Assembly: GCA_027451785.1 (NCBI GenBank)
Contig: DAIDIS010000038.1
Coordinates: forward strand, 1 to 36,222
Source: Acidimicrobiales bacterium
GTDB taxonomy: Bacteria > Actinomycetota > Acidimicrobiia > Acidimicrobiales > JAKAVM01
Direction: 5' to 3'
DNA: 36,222 nt
The position numbers and the translations under genes were made by a program. How positions within the stretch are numbered: the stretch's first letter is position 1; the number at the start of each line of letters is the position of its first letter. Below are positions 1 to 7,396 of this stretch, piece after piece. Under the pieces are notes generated by a model. It did no database searches and had not been told where the DNA came from. It was given only the letters and a program-made list of their open reading frames with translations.

Positions 1-98
1 AAGAGAACCCACGCCACCTCCTTGTCCTCGCCGTCGAGCGTGCGCAGCTCGTCATTCCAGACCAACGAAGTCCACCCACCGCAGTTTGCCGTCGTCAA
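1..98 (-). CDS. hypothetical protein, 5' end only (continues beyond the left edge of the window)
   Basis: A TTG at 98-96 overlaps the TGA stop (97-95) of the upstream phosphatase-like gene, giving a TTGA overlap. The frame stays open to position 1 (LTTANCGGWTSLVWNDELRTLDGEDKEVAWVL...). No recognisable motif. Confidence 0.3.
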   Translation of the reverse strand, partial: MTTANCGGWTSLVWNDELRTLDGEDKEVAWVL

Positions 99-520
99 GC
101 CGCCGTGGTCGGCTGCGCTGACGGGCGTGCCGAGTCCCGCAGCACGCTGGTGTACCAGATGCGCGTCTTGGCCACGTACTTGTCCAGGCTCTCGCTCACG
201 TGATCCCGCTCCATCACGGCCACCAGTGTCGACCTTTCGAGGTCAGCCTTGACAATCTGGGTGCTCCGGTGCCCTTTGAGTGCGGTTTCAGCTTCGGGCA
301 TTACAGCCCGCAAACCTTCCACCGTCCTCCGGCTGAGGGGCAGTCCTTCGATTACATGAGTTCCGGAGCTGGAAGCTTTCGGCAGAGAAGCTTCCTGGCC
401 CGATTGACCGGCAGATAAAGCCAACCAAATCCCTTTAGCCATCGGCGAGCGTGCCGCGTTCCCAGTGCAGACGAAGTGAATTTCCCTCGTAACAGCTTCA
501 TTGAGTTTCTGACCACTCAC
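95..520 (-). CDS. low-molecular-weight phosphatase / ArsC-family protein (CX5R-S P-loop)
   Basis: The P-loop HFVCTGNAARSPMAKG matches the C-X5-R-(S/T) signature of the LMW-PTP/ArsC family. The ATG at 658 would overlap the divergent HAD gene by about 110 nt, so I prefer the GTG at 520. The start is uncertain. Confidence 0.65.
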   Translation of the reverse strand: MSGQKLNEAVTREIHFVCTGNAARSPMAKGIWLALSAGQSGQEASLPKASSSGTHVIEGLPLSRRTVEGLRAVMPEAETALKGHRSTQIVKADLERSTLVAVMERDHVSESLDKYVAKTRIWYTSVLRDSARPSAQPTTAA

Positions 521-567
521 TCCAGGCAGGCTAGCCTCGTGCCGGAGTGACCCCTGATTCTCCCGAT

Positions 568-1386
568 ATGAGCCGACGCATAAAACTGATCGCCACCGAC
601 CTTGACGGCACGCTCGTAAGGAGCGACGGAACCGTGTCACCTCGCACGGTTGCTGCATTGGATAGCGCCGAACAAGCCGGTATCCACGTCGTCTACGTAA
701 CCGGGCGCCCTCCTAGGTGGATGGCACCGGTAGTTGACGTAACGAAGCGCCATAACACTGCCATCTGTTCGAACGGAGCACAGTTGTACGACTGCGCCAC
801 GGGTGAGCTTATCCAGGAGTTCGCATTAGGCCAAGAAGTCGCCCTGAAGGTGGCGAGCATCTTGCGAGAGCACTTTCCCGACGTGCGATTTGCAGCGGAG
901 AGAGGCTTGGAATTCGTCTCCGAAAAGGACTTCGTTCCTGGCTGGGAACCGGAGGATCGTGGCCGGTTTGGATCTTCCTACCGTTCTATAGACGAAGCCA
1001 TTGATAGACCGGTTGCCAAGCTTTTGGCCAGGACTCCCGACCCGGAAAGCTCCCCTCGGCCGCTCAAGCTTCAAGACGCTCAAGACCTTGTTGGGCACTT
1101 CGCAACCGTCACCTACTCGATCAGTTTCGGCCTCCTGGAGGTTTCCGCCATTGGAGTCGACAAAGCATCCGGGCTCCGGACTCAGGCGGAGATGCTTGGG
1201 ATTGAGGCGAGCGAGGTCATGGCGTTCGGTGACATGCCAAACGACATACCGATGCTGAAATGGGCTGGCCACTCCTATGCCATGGAGAACGCACATCGCC
1301 TTGCCAAAGAGGCCGCCCGCTTCGGTGCGGAATCAAACGACAACGACGGAGTTGCCAAGGAGATCGAAACCCTTCTAGGCCTCTGA
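568..1386 (+). CDS. Cof-type HAD-IIB family hydrolase (sugar-phosphate phosphatase-like)
   Basis: The N-terminal motif IKLIATDLDGTLV is HAD motif I (DxDGT). The C-terminal FGDMPNDIPML is motif IV (GDxxND). ATG at 568; an alternative GTG lies at 547. Confidence 0.85.
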   Translation: MSRRIKLIATDLDGTLVRSDGTVSPRTVAALDSAEQAGIHVVYVTGRPPRWMAPVVDVTKRHNTAICSNGAQLYDCATGELIQEFALGQEVALKVASILREHFPDVRFAAERGLEFVSEKDFVPGWEPEDRGRFGSSYRSIDEAIDRPVAKLLARTPDPESSPRPLKLQDAQDLVGHFATVTYSISFGLLEVSAIGVDKASGLRTQAEMLGIEASEVMAFGDMPNDIPMLKWAGHSYAMENAHRLAKEAARFGAESNDNDGVAKEIETLLGL

Positions 1387-1460
1387 AAATCGAGAACAGA
1401 TTCTTAAATGTCTGTTGAATGGCCTATTCATTCTGTCATTCGTAATGTAATCTTCCATCT

Positions 1461-2036
1461 GTGAGTTCGAAGTCGAGTTCTGCGGAGCACGAACCAACGA
1501 AACTCTTGGGATCGGGGCAGCACAACGCTGAGCCCGACTTCGGGAAGATACGTCCTATGATCCACCCTTCCATAGAGCCGCTCGCCTTCTTGGTGGGTAA
1601 GTGGTCCGGCGAAGGGGTGGGCGAATACCCCACGGTCAGGCCCTTCACTTACGGCGAAGAGACGGTCTTTACCCACACTGGGAAGCCATACCTCATTTAC
1701 TCTCAAAGGACCTGGAACCTTGAGACCGGACAGGCCATGCACGAAGAATCCGGGTATTGGAGGTTGTGCGGACCGTCGCCCAATCACGTTGAAGCGATGA
1801 TCGTTCATGCTTTCGGCGTCGCCGAAGTCGCCGAGGGAATGATCGAGGGAACCCACGTCGAGCTGGTGAGTACTTCCGTGTCCATGACTTCTACAGCGAA
1901 GAGCGTATCCGCCCTCGGCAGGAGCCTGGCCGTCGACGGAGACATGCTTCATTACCGTCTAAGGATGTCGGCAGTGGGGCTGCCCGCACATCATCATCTC
2001 TGTGCCGACCTGCAGAGAACGACCCTAGGCGGTTGA
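1461..2036 (+). CDS. nitrobindin / FABP-like (DUF1794) heme-binding beta-barrel protein
   Basis: HPSIEPLAFLVGKWSGEGVGEYPTVRPFTYGEETVFTHTGKPYLIY matches the conserved nitrobindin N-terminal block. An alternative start at ATG 1557 would give a canonical protein of about 160 aa. Confidence 0.8.
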   Translation: MSSKSSSAEHEPTKLLGSGQHNAEPDFGKIRPMIHPSIEPLAFLVGKWSGEGVGEYPTVRPFTYGEETVFTHTGKPYLIYSQRTWNLETGQAMHEESGYWRLCGPSPNHVEAMIVHAFGVAEVAEGMIEGTHVELVSTSVSMTSTAKSVSALGRSLAVDGDMLHYRLRMSAVGLPAHHHLCADLQRTTLGG

Positions 2037-2762
2037 GACGGCCTGAAATCCTTCGGCTTTTGAACCCTCAGGAAGCCCCGCCTTCAAGGCCAAGCCCGAC
2101 AGCATTCCGGTGACTCGAACCGAAGTGGATTCGAAATCGGGGAGCTGACTGGCATGAGCTCGGATCGCAGCGAGCTTGGATTCCAGTTGATCGGTAACTT
2201 CGACGAACAAGTCCGAATGTGGCGAAGCCATAAGCCACATCTCGGTAACCGTCCAAGGCTCAAGCCCTAGGTCATCCAGCAGTTCGGGATAGGCGAAGGG
2301 GTTGCGGGCATCAGGGTATACAGCAGAAATCGTCGCCTCCCCAGAGGCTAAGTGATCCGGGTGACTCGCGTATATCCGAGTGAGATCCCGCTCAGGTGAG
2401 TTTGAGATCACCAAGCTGGGCCTCACTTCACGAATCTTGCGGGCTATCTCCTTCCTCAACGCGAACGTGACCTCCAGCCGGCCGTCCGGATATCCAAGGA
2501 ACTCGACATCCTCGACCCCCACTTTGCGTGCCGCCTCATTCTGCTCGTTACGCCTAATTCCGGGAATCAGCGTGCGCTCGACGGAAGGGTCAAATCCACC
2601 TGCGTCTCCATCGGTCAATACCAGGTAATGGACTTCGGCCCCGGCCTCAACCAAGCGAGCGACTGTACCTGCCGCGCCGAAGTCACCATCGTCAGGGTGC
2701 GCTGTAACCACCAACGCTCGTTCGTGGCTTCCCATCTCGTCGCCCCTAGCAATGACTCTCAC
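2025..2762 (-). CDS. PIG-L (LmbE) family deacetylase, MshB/Mca-like
   Basis: ALVVTAHPDDGDFGAAGT (the AHPDD zinc motif), followed by HPDH. A GGAGG-like SD lies upstream of the GTG at 2762. An alternative ATG lies at 2735. Confidence 0.85.
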   Translation of the reverse strand: MRVIARGDEMGSHERALVVTAHPDDGDFGAAGTVARLVEAGAEVHYLVLTDGDAGGFDPSVERTLIPGIRRNEQNEAARKVGVEDVEFLGYPDGRLEVTFALRKEIARKIREVRPSLVISNSPERDLTRIYASHPDHLASGEATISAVYPDARNPFAYPELLDDLGLEPWTVTEMWLMASPHSDLFVEVTDQLESKLAAIRAHASQLPDFESTSVRVTGMLSGLALKAGLPEGSKAEGFQAVSTA

Positions 2763-3057
2763 AGCTACCCCTCCCCAATTTCATCCCGAAATACTTCGCA
2801 TCACGGCATTCACAGATCAGTCTCTTGATCAGGCCGAGGGCAGAACATCCCTAACCCTGAGCATCCGAGTGCCTCGTAGCGCAAACGCACGGCACATTGG
2901 CACGGCGCCCATGATATGTCACGACCAGGATTTGGGTGCCTTTGCGGGCTGGAATTGAGCACGCCGGTAAAAGTTGACCAATCAAGTCGACTTTCAGCTG
3001 GGCAGCAGATACGATGTCATTTGCACTTAGCCAGACAGAACGAAAAAGGAGGCCCTC

Positions 3058-3693
3058 ATGGCCCTACAGCTAGGCGACATAGCCCCGGACTTCACCGCCG
3101 AGACCACCGAAGGAACAATCAACTTCCACGAGTGGATCGGCGATAGCTGGGCGGTCCTTTTCTCCCATCCCAAGGACTTCACCCCAGTCTGCACAACCGA
3201 GCTCGGCTATACCGCAAAATTGAAGCCCGAGTTCGACAAGCGTGGCGTAAAGGTCATCGGCGTCTCGGTTGATCCGGTTTCGGACCATAATGAGTGGGCC
3301 AAGGACATCGAGGAGACACAGGGAGTATCCCTCAACTTCCCTCTCATCGGAGACCCGGAAAAGAAGGTTGCCGACCTTTACGGAATGATCCACCCGAATT
3401 CTCTGGACTCGCTGACCGTCCGTTCGGTCTTCGTTATCGGCCCAGATAAGAAGATCAAGCTCATGATCACCTACCCAGCCTCGACCGGCCGGAACTTCGA
3501 CGAGATTCTCAGGGTGATCGACTCCCTCCAACTGACGGCCGGCTACCAAGTTTCCACTCCAGTCAACTGGAACGACGGTGACGACGTAATCATCGCCCCC
3601 GCCATAGACGACGAGACCGCTAAGGAAAAGTTCCCCAAGGGCTTCAAGACTTTGAAGCCATACCTGAGGCTCACCCCTCAACCGAATAAGTAA
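3058..3693 (+). CDS. 1-Cys peroxiredoxin (Prx6 subfamily)
   Basis: FSHPKDFTPVCTTELG is the peroxidatic-Cys motif. Length is 211 aa. A strong SD (AAAGGAGG) sits 5 nt upstream of the ATG. Confidence 0.9.
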   Translation: MALQLGDIAPDFTAETTEGTINFHEWIGDSWAVLFSHPKDFTPVCTTELGYTAKLKPEFDKRGVKVIGVSVDPVSDHNEWAKDIEETQGVSLNFPLIGDPEKKVADLYGMIHPNSLDSLTVRSVFVIGPDKKIKLMITYPASTGRNFDEILRVIDSLQLTAGYQVSTPVNWNDGDDVIIAPAIDDETAKEKFPKGFKTLKPYLRLTPQPNK

Positions 3694-3740
3694 CCATTTC
3701 CCAAACGGGGGTTTCTCGCCCCTTCCCGTTATGAAAAGAC

Positions 3741-3770
3741 AAAGCCCGCCTTGGTTTCGAGGCGGGCTTT
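3741..3770. terminator. bidirectional intrinsic terminator between convergent prx and AKR genes
   Basis: A perfect 10-bp stem AAAGCCCGCC / GGCGGGCTTT with a 10-nt loop. T-rich tracts follow on both strands (CTTTGT on plus, TTTGTCTTTTC on minus). Confidence 0.65.
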
Positions 3771-3819
3771 GTACTTGAACAATAAAAATTTCCGACAATG
3801 CTTTCCGGCACCGAAGGAC

Positions 3820-4845
3820 CTAGCTAGGCCTCCGCCTTCGCCACGCCGATGTAAGAGCGGGCGTCTGATACCCAGCGTCACCTGGAGCAACATTTCGGCC
3901 TGGAACTACGAGCTTGTCGATTGCGTCCATGGTTTCCTGGTCCAACGAGACGTCCAAGGCAGGCAGCAGGCCCTCAAGCTGTTCCATGGTCCTTGGTCCG
4001 ATGATTGCAGCCGAGATTGCGGGATGCTTCGTCACAAACCCGACCGCAAGCACCTGGAGAGAAATCCCTGCATTGCTTGCAATCTTGTCCAGCTCGTCAA
4101 CAAGGTCCAATTTCGCTGCGTTATGCGGTAGTGACGGATCGTACGCCTGAGGAAGTCTCCCGGCCCTGACGCTGTCCACTTGCCGGCCTTTGCGGAACTT
4201 CCCGGAGAGCCACCCACCGTTGAGAGGACTCCATGATATGACCCCCATTCCATAGCGCTGGCAAGTAGGCAGGATGCTCGCCTCTACTCCCCTTGCGAAA
4301 ATCGAGTACGGGGGTTGCTCGGTCATGAAGCGCTCAAGTCCCCTTTTCTCGGCAGCCCATTGTGCCTCCACGATCTCCTCGGCAGGAAATGTCGAGCTGC
4401 CGATGGCCAAGACCTTCCCCGAGTGAACTAGGTCACTAAGGGCTGAGAGCGTCTGTTCGATGTCCGCCGAAGGGTCGGGCCGATGCACCTGATAGAGATC
4501 GATGTAATCAGTCTGGAGCCGTTTCAGGCTTGCCTCAACCTCACGAACGATCCAGCGCCGTGAGTTGCCGCGCTGGTTGGGGTCGTCACCCATTGGTGCG
4601 TGAAACTTGGTGGCCAGGACGATGCTTTCGCGACGAGTCTTGATTGCCTTGCCGACAATGGTTTCCGATTCACCTGCTGAGTAGACGTCCGCCGTGTCGA
4701 CGAAATTGATTCCGGCATCCAAAGCCATGTTGATAATTCTCGAGGACTCTTCGTGGTCCGGGTTTCCCCACGACCCGAACATCATGGCCCCTAGACAAAG
4801 GGGGCTTACCTTGATTCCAGTCCTGCCTAGACTCCTATACTCCAC
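3820..4845 (-). CDS. aldo/keto reductase family oxidoreductase
   Basis: YRSLGRTGIKVSPLCLGAMMFG, GINFVDTADVYS, and LDYIDLYQVHRPD are typical AKR blocks. GTG start with a GGGAGG SD. Confidence 0.9.
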   Translation of the reverse strand: MEYRSLGRTGIKVSPLCLGAMMFGSWGNPDHEESSRIINMALDAGINFVDTADVYSAGESETIVGKAIKTRRESIVLATKFHAPMGDDPNQRGNSRRWIVREVEASLKRLQTDYIDLYQVHRPDPSADIEQTLSALSDLVHSGKVLAIGSSTFPAEEIVEAQWAAEKRGLERFMTEQPPYSIFARGVEASILPTCQRYGMGVISWSPLNGGWLSGKFRKGRQVDSVRAGRLPQAYDPSLPHNAAKLDLVDELDKIASNAGISLQVLAVGFVTKHPAISAAIIGPRTMEQLEGLLPALDVSLDQETMDAIDKLVVPGRNVAPGDAGYQTPALTSAWRRRRPS

Positions 4846-4946
4846 GAAATACCTCCCTGATTGAGATTTCCCATCAGCCTTTCACACGCCAGCCGAACTA
4901 CCTACACCTCAAAGTCCCGAATTCCCGGCCGCTTCGAAGCTTGTCC

Positions 4947-6056
4947 TCAATCCACCAAGCGATATGCGAGTTCGCCCTTCACCACTTCGTTTTCCACCTT
5001 TCCACCGATCCTTAGGTGCTCCAAGTGAGCAAATACCTCACTTTCAGCCATGAGACCTCGACGGCTTGCGGGGAATAGTGCTTCCACAATCTCCGGCACG
5101 TTGGCGACCCCGGTCTCTCTCAGAATCCTCACGATGTCGGCCACCCGCTTTTGGTGGTGAGTACGAATGGAACCTACCCTCCCGGCCAGGTCGCCAAAAG
5201 GATGCCCATGCGCCGGTAACACCAGACCTGTCTCACCGACCTTGGTGACCTTATCCAGGGAAGCCAAAAAGGACGCCAGCGAATCCTCTCCACCCGCGAT
5301 TCCCGGAACGTGTGGCGTGATCGTAGGGAGAACATGGTCTCCGGAGATCAAGGTTCCGTCTTTGGGCCGATAGAGGCATAAATGATCCAGGGTGTGCCCC
5401 GGCGTGAATACCGAGACCCATTCGTCTCCCCCCAGCGACAGCACCTGCCCGTCGATAGCCTCAAGGTCCGGTAGCGGAGTCGTAAGCAAAGAATTGATTC
5501 GCCTTTCCTGCAACGCCAACAGGATCCTGAAACGTACCGGAAGGTCGCCTGGGCCGGCAGCAGACCCCCAAGGTCTTGGAATCCGCCAAAGAGGGTAGTC
5601 GCGATCTATTTCGTGAGACTCGCTTATTCCGTCTATCCCAGTCAGGTGCCCGGAGCAGTCGTGAATACCCCTAGCTATCACTTTTCGCCCAAAGCCTTGG
5701 TATCCGATGACTTTGCCGTCGGACTCCTCCCGCAGACGTGCTACGCCCCCATAATGATCCGCGTGGGAGTGCGTCATTATCACCCGCTTTACGCGGGGAA
5801 GGGCAACCCCAGCGGACGCAAGCCTCTTGGTCAGCGCTTTCCACGATGCATGGCCGGGCTGCCCAGGGTCGATAAGTGTTACGCCATCCTTACCCTCGAT
5901 GGCGTAGCAATTGACATGCCTGATCCCGGGCATTGTGACGGGCAACTGCATGCGGAGGACGCCTGGGACAACTTCGTTCACCCATTCGGCGGCAGGCTCC
6001 TGCTCTTGGCGTACGACAGTTTGGACCCTGAGGCCGTCCGAGTCTTTGTCGCTCAA
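4947..6056 (-). CDS. MBL-fold metallo-hydrolase
   Basis: VIMTHSHADHYGG carries the HxHxDH motif, and a downstream TPGHT histidine is present. The C-terminal section of about 90 aa is helical. Confidence 0.85.
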   Translation of the reverse strand: MSDKDSDGLRVQTVVRQEQEPAAEWVNEVVPGVLRMQLPVTMPGIRHVNCYAIEGKDGVTLIDPGQPGHASWKALTKRLASAGVALPRVKRVIMTHSHADHYGGVARLREESDGKVIGYQGFGRKVIARGIHDCSGHLTGIDGISESHEIDRDYPLWRIPRPWGSAAGPGDLPVRFRILLALQERRINSLLTTPLPDLEAIDGQVLSLGGDEWVSVFTPGHTLDHLCLYRPKDGTLISGDHVLPTITPHVPGIAGGEDSLASFLASLDKVTKVGETGLVLPAHGHPFGDLAGRVGSIRTHHQKRVADIVRILRETGVANVPEIVEALFPASRRGLMAESEVFAHLEHLRIGGKVENEVVKGELAYRLVD

Positions 6057-6088
6057 TGCGTCGGCCTCCCCAGCACGGTCGTTCTCGT

Positions 6089-6136
6089 CAGCTCGTGTTC
6101 GGCTGAATTATCCGGCTCGTGTTCGGCTGAGGTATC
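6089..6136. repeat. two-copy 24-bp tandem direct repeat in the orn/MBL intergenic region
   Basis: cagctcgtgttcggctgaattatc (6089-6112) is followed by cggctcgtgttcggctgaggtatc (6113-6136). The 16-nt core gctcgtgttcggctga is identical in both copies. Confidence 0.8.
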
Positions 6137-6141
6137 GGGCA

Positions 6142-6711
6142 CTATCGGAAGAAATGCTCCCGGTAGTAGGCCAGCTCCCGCACGCTCTCTTGGATGTCAT
6201 CCATGGCTCTGTGGGCTTCCTGCTTGGCTGGTGCAGCATCGACCAGGTCCGGCTTCCACCGTTTGCAAAGCTCCTTGACGGTAGACACGTCGACACTCCT
6301 GTAATGGAGGTACTCCTCGATCTCAGGAAGGTAAGCGGCAAGAAACCTGCGGTCGGTGCCAATTGAGTTTCCGCAAAGTGGAACCGTCTTGGCCTCCGGT
6401 ACATGAGCCTTAATGAACTCAAGCGTCTTTTCGCCCGCTTCCGCAAGTGTGACCTGGGACTCCCGGATTTTCTCCAGCAGACCGCTCTTGGTATGCATCT
6501 TGACCACGAAGGGATCCATCTCAGAAAGAGCCTCTTGCGGAGCCGACACGACTAGGTCGGGTCCCTCTGCGACGATATTCAGTTCGTCGTCTGTTACCAG
6601 GGTTGCTATCTCTACGATCACGTCCTTCGAAGGGTCGAGACCGGTCATCTCCAAATCCATCCAAACCAACACCCAACGATCGTACCCAATGGGTAGGACC
6701 CCATTATGCAA
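6142..6711 (-). CDS. orn: oligoribonuclease
   Basis: WMDLEMTGLDP...IVEIATLVTD and the C-terminal H-x4-D (AHRAMDDI) are DEDDh exonuclease motifs. TTG start at 6711. An alternative GTG at 6672 would leave more promoter space. Confidence 0.9.
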   Translation of the reverse strand: MHNGVLPIGYDRWVLVWMDLEMTGLDPSKDVIVEIATLVTDDELNIVAEGPDLVVSAPQEALSEMDPFVVKMHTKSGLLEKIRESQVTLAEAGEKTLEFIKAHVPEAKTVPLCGNSIGTDRRFLAAYLPEIEEYLHYRSVDVSTVKELCKRWKPDLVDAAPAKQEAHRAMDDIQESVRELAYYREHFFR

Positions 6712-6730
6712 CCCGGGTTATTATCCTCCG

Positions 6731-7195
6731 GTGTCAGATTCCAAAGCATCCATTACTCAGGTAACCATCCCAATCGTTCGATTGGATCCTGAAGCAGTGC
6801 TCCCCTCGTATGCCAAGGAAGGTGATGCCGGGGCCGATCTTTATGCCGCTCGGGGTGCCCGGCTCGCACCCGCCGGAGGAAGGGCATTAATTCCTACGGG
6901 AATTGCGATCGAGATACCCTCCGGATACGCCGGCTTTGTCCAACCGCGCAGTGGGCTAGCGTTCAAGCACGGTGTGACGTGCTTGAACACGCCTGGATTA
7001 ATCGACTCCGGGTATCGAGACGAACTTAAAGTCATTTTGGTCAACCTCGACCCAGCCGAACCCTACGAAATCGTGCGTGGCGACAGAATCGCACAGCTCG
7101 TAATTCAACGGGTGGAACAGGTTCATTTCTCGCCTACTTTCAAGCTGAGCGAGAGCGAGCGAGGAATCGGCGGATTCGGCCACTCGGGTCGCTGA
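6731..7195 (+). CDS. dut: dUTP diphosphatase
   Basis: GDAGADLYA, RSGLAFKHG, GLIDSGYRDE, and the C-terminal GGFGHSGR are the dUTPase motifs. The GTG at 6731 is the first start that does not overlap orn on the opposite strand. Confidence 0.9.
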   Translation: MSDSKASITQVTIPIVRLDPEAVLPSYAKEGDAGADLYAARGARLAPAGGRALIPTGIAIEIPSGYAGFVQPRSGLAFKHGVTCLNTPGLIDSGYRDELKVILVNLDPAEPYEIVRGDRIAQLVIQRVEQVHFSPTFKLSESERGIGGFGHSGR

Positions 7196-7396
7196 CTCTT
7201 GATCACTTATCACAGAATTCACAATTATCTCCGCTGGGCGTGTGGCGCGAGAGACTCCTTTTGAAGCACAATGGGAGCGGGTAAGAACCGCATGGGTGAT
7301 GGATTTGCAGCCACTCTGGCGTGAATCACCCGCTTCCGGTCATGAACGCCGGAGTGGCAAATTGCCATGTTTTGAAGCCGAAGAATTGGGGTAAAT

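Noticed and set aside
3070-3798. Large antisense and overlapping ORFs. Examples are 3070-3798 (-), 5613-6278 (+), 24273-25121 (-), 17402-17968 (-), 22135-22629 (-), 33705-34253 (-) and 14389-15189 (+).
   Set aside because: Each lies opposite to, or out of frame with, a gene that has strong motif support. Their translations are Arg/Ser/Pro/Gly-rich with no recognisable motifs, as expected for shadow ORFs in GC-rich DNA.
6413-6730. Long N-terminal extension of dut in the ORF track (260 aa)
   Set aside because: The extension runs antisense through the orn coding region and has a low-complexity Ser/Thr-rich translation. The dUTPase homology begins only after the GTG at 6731.
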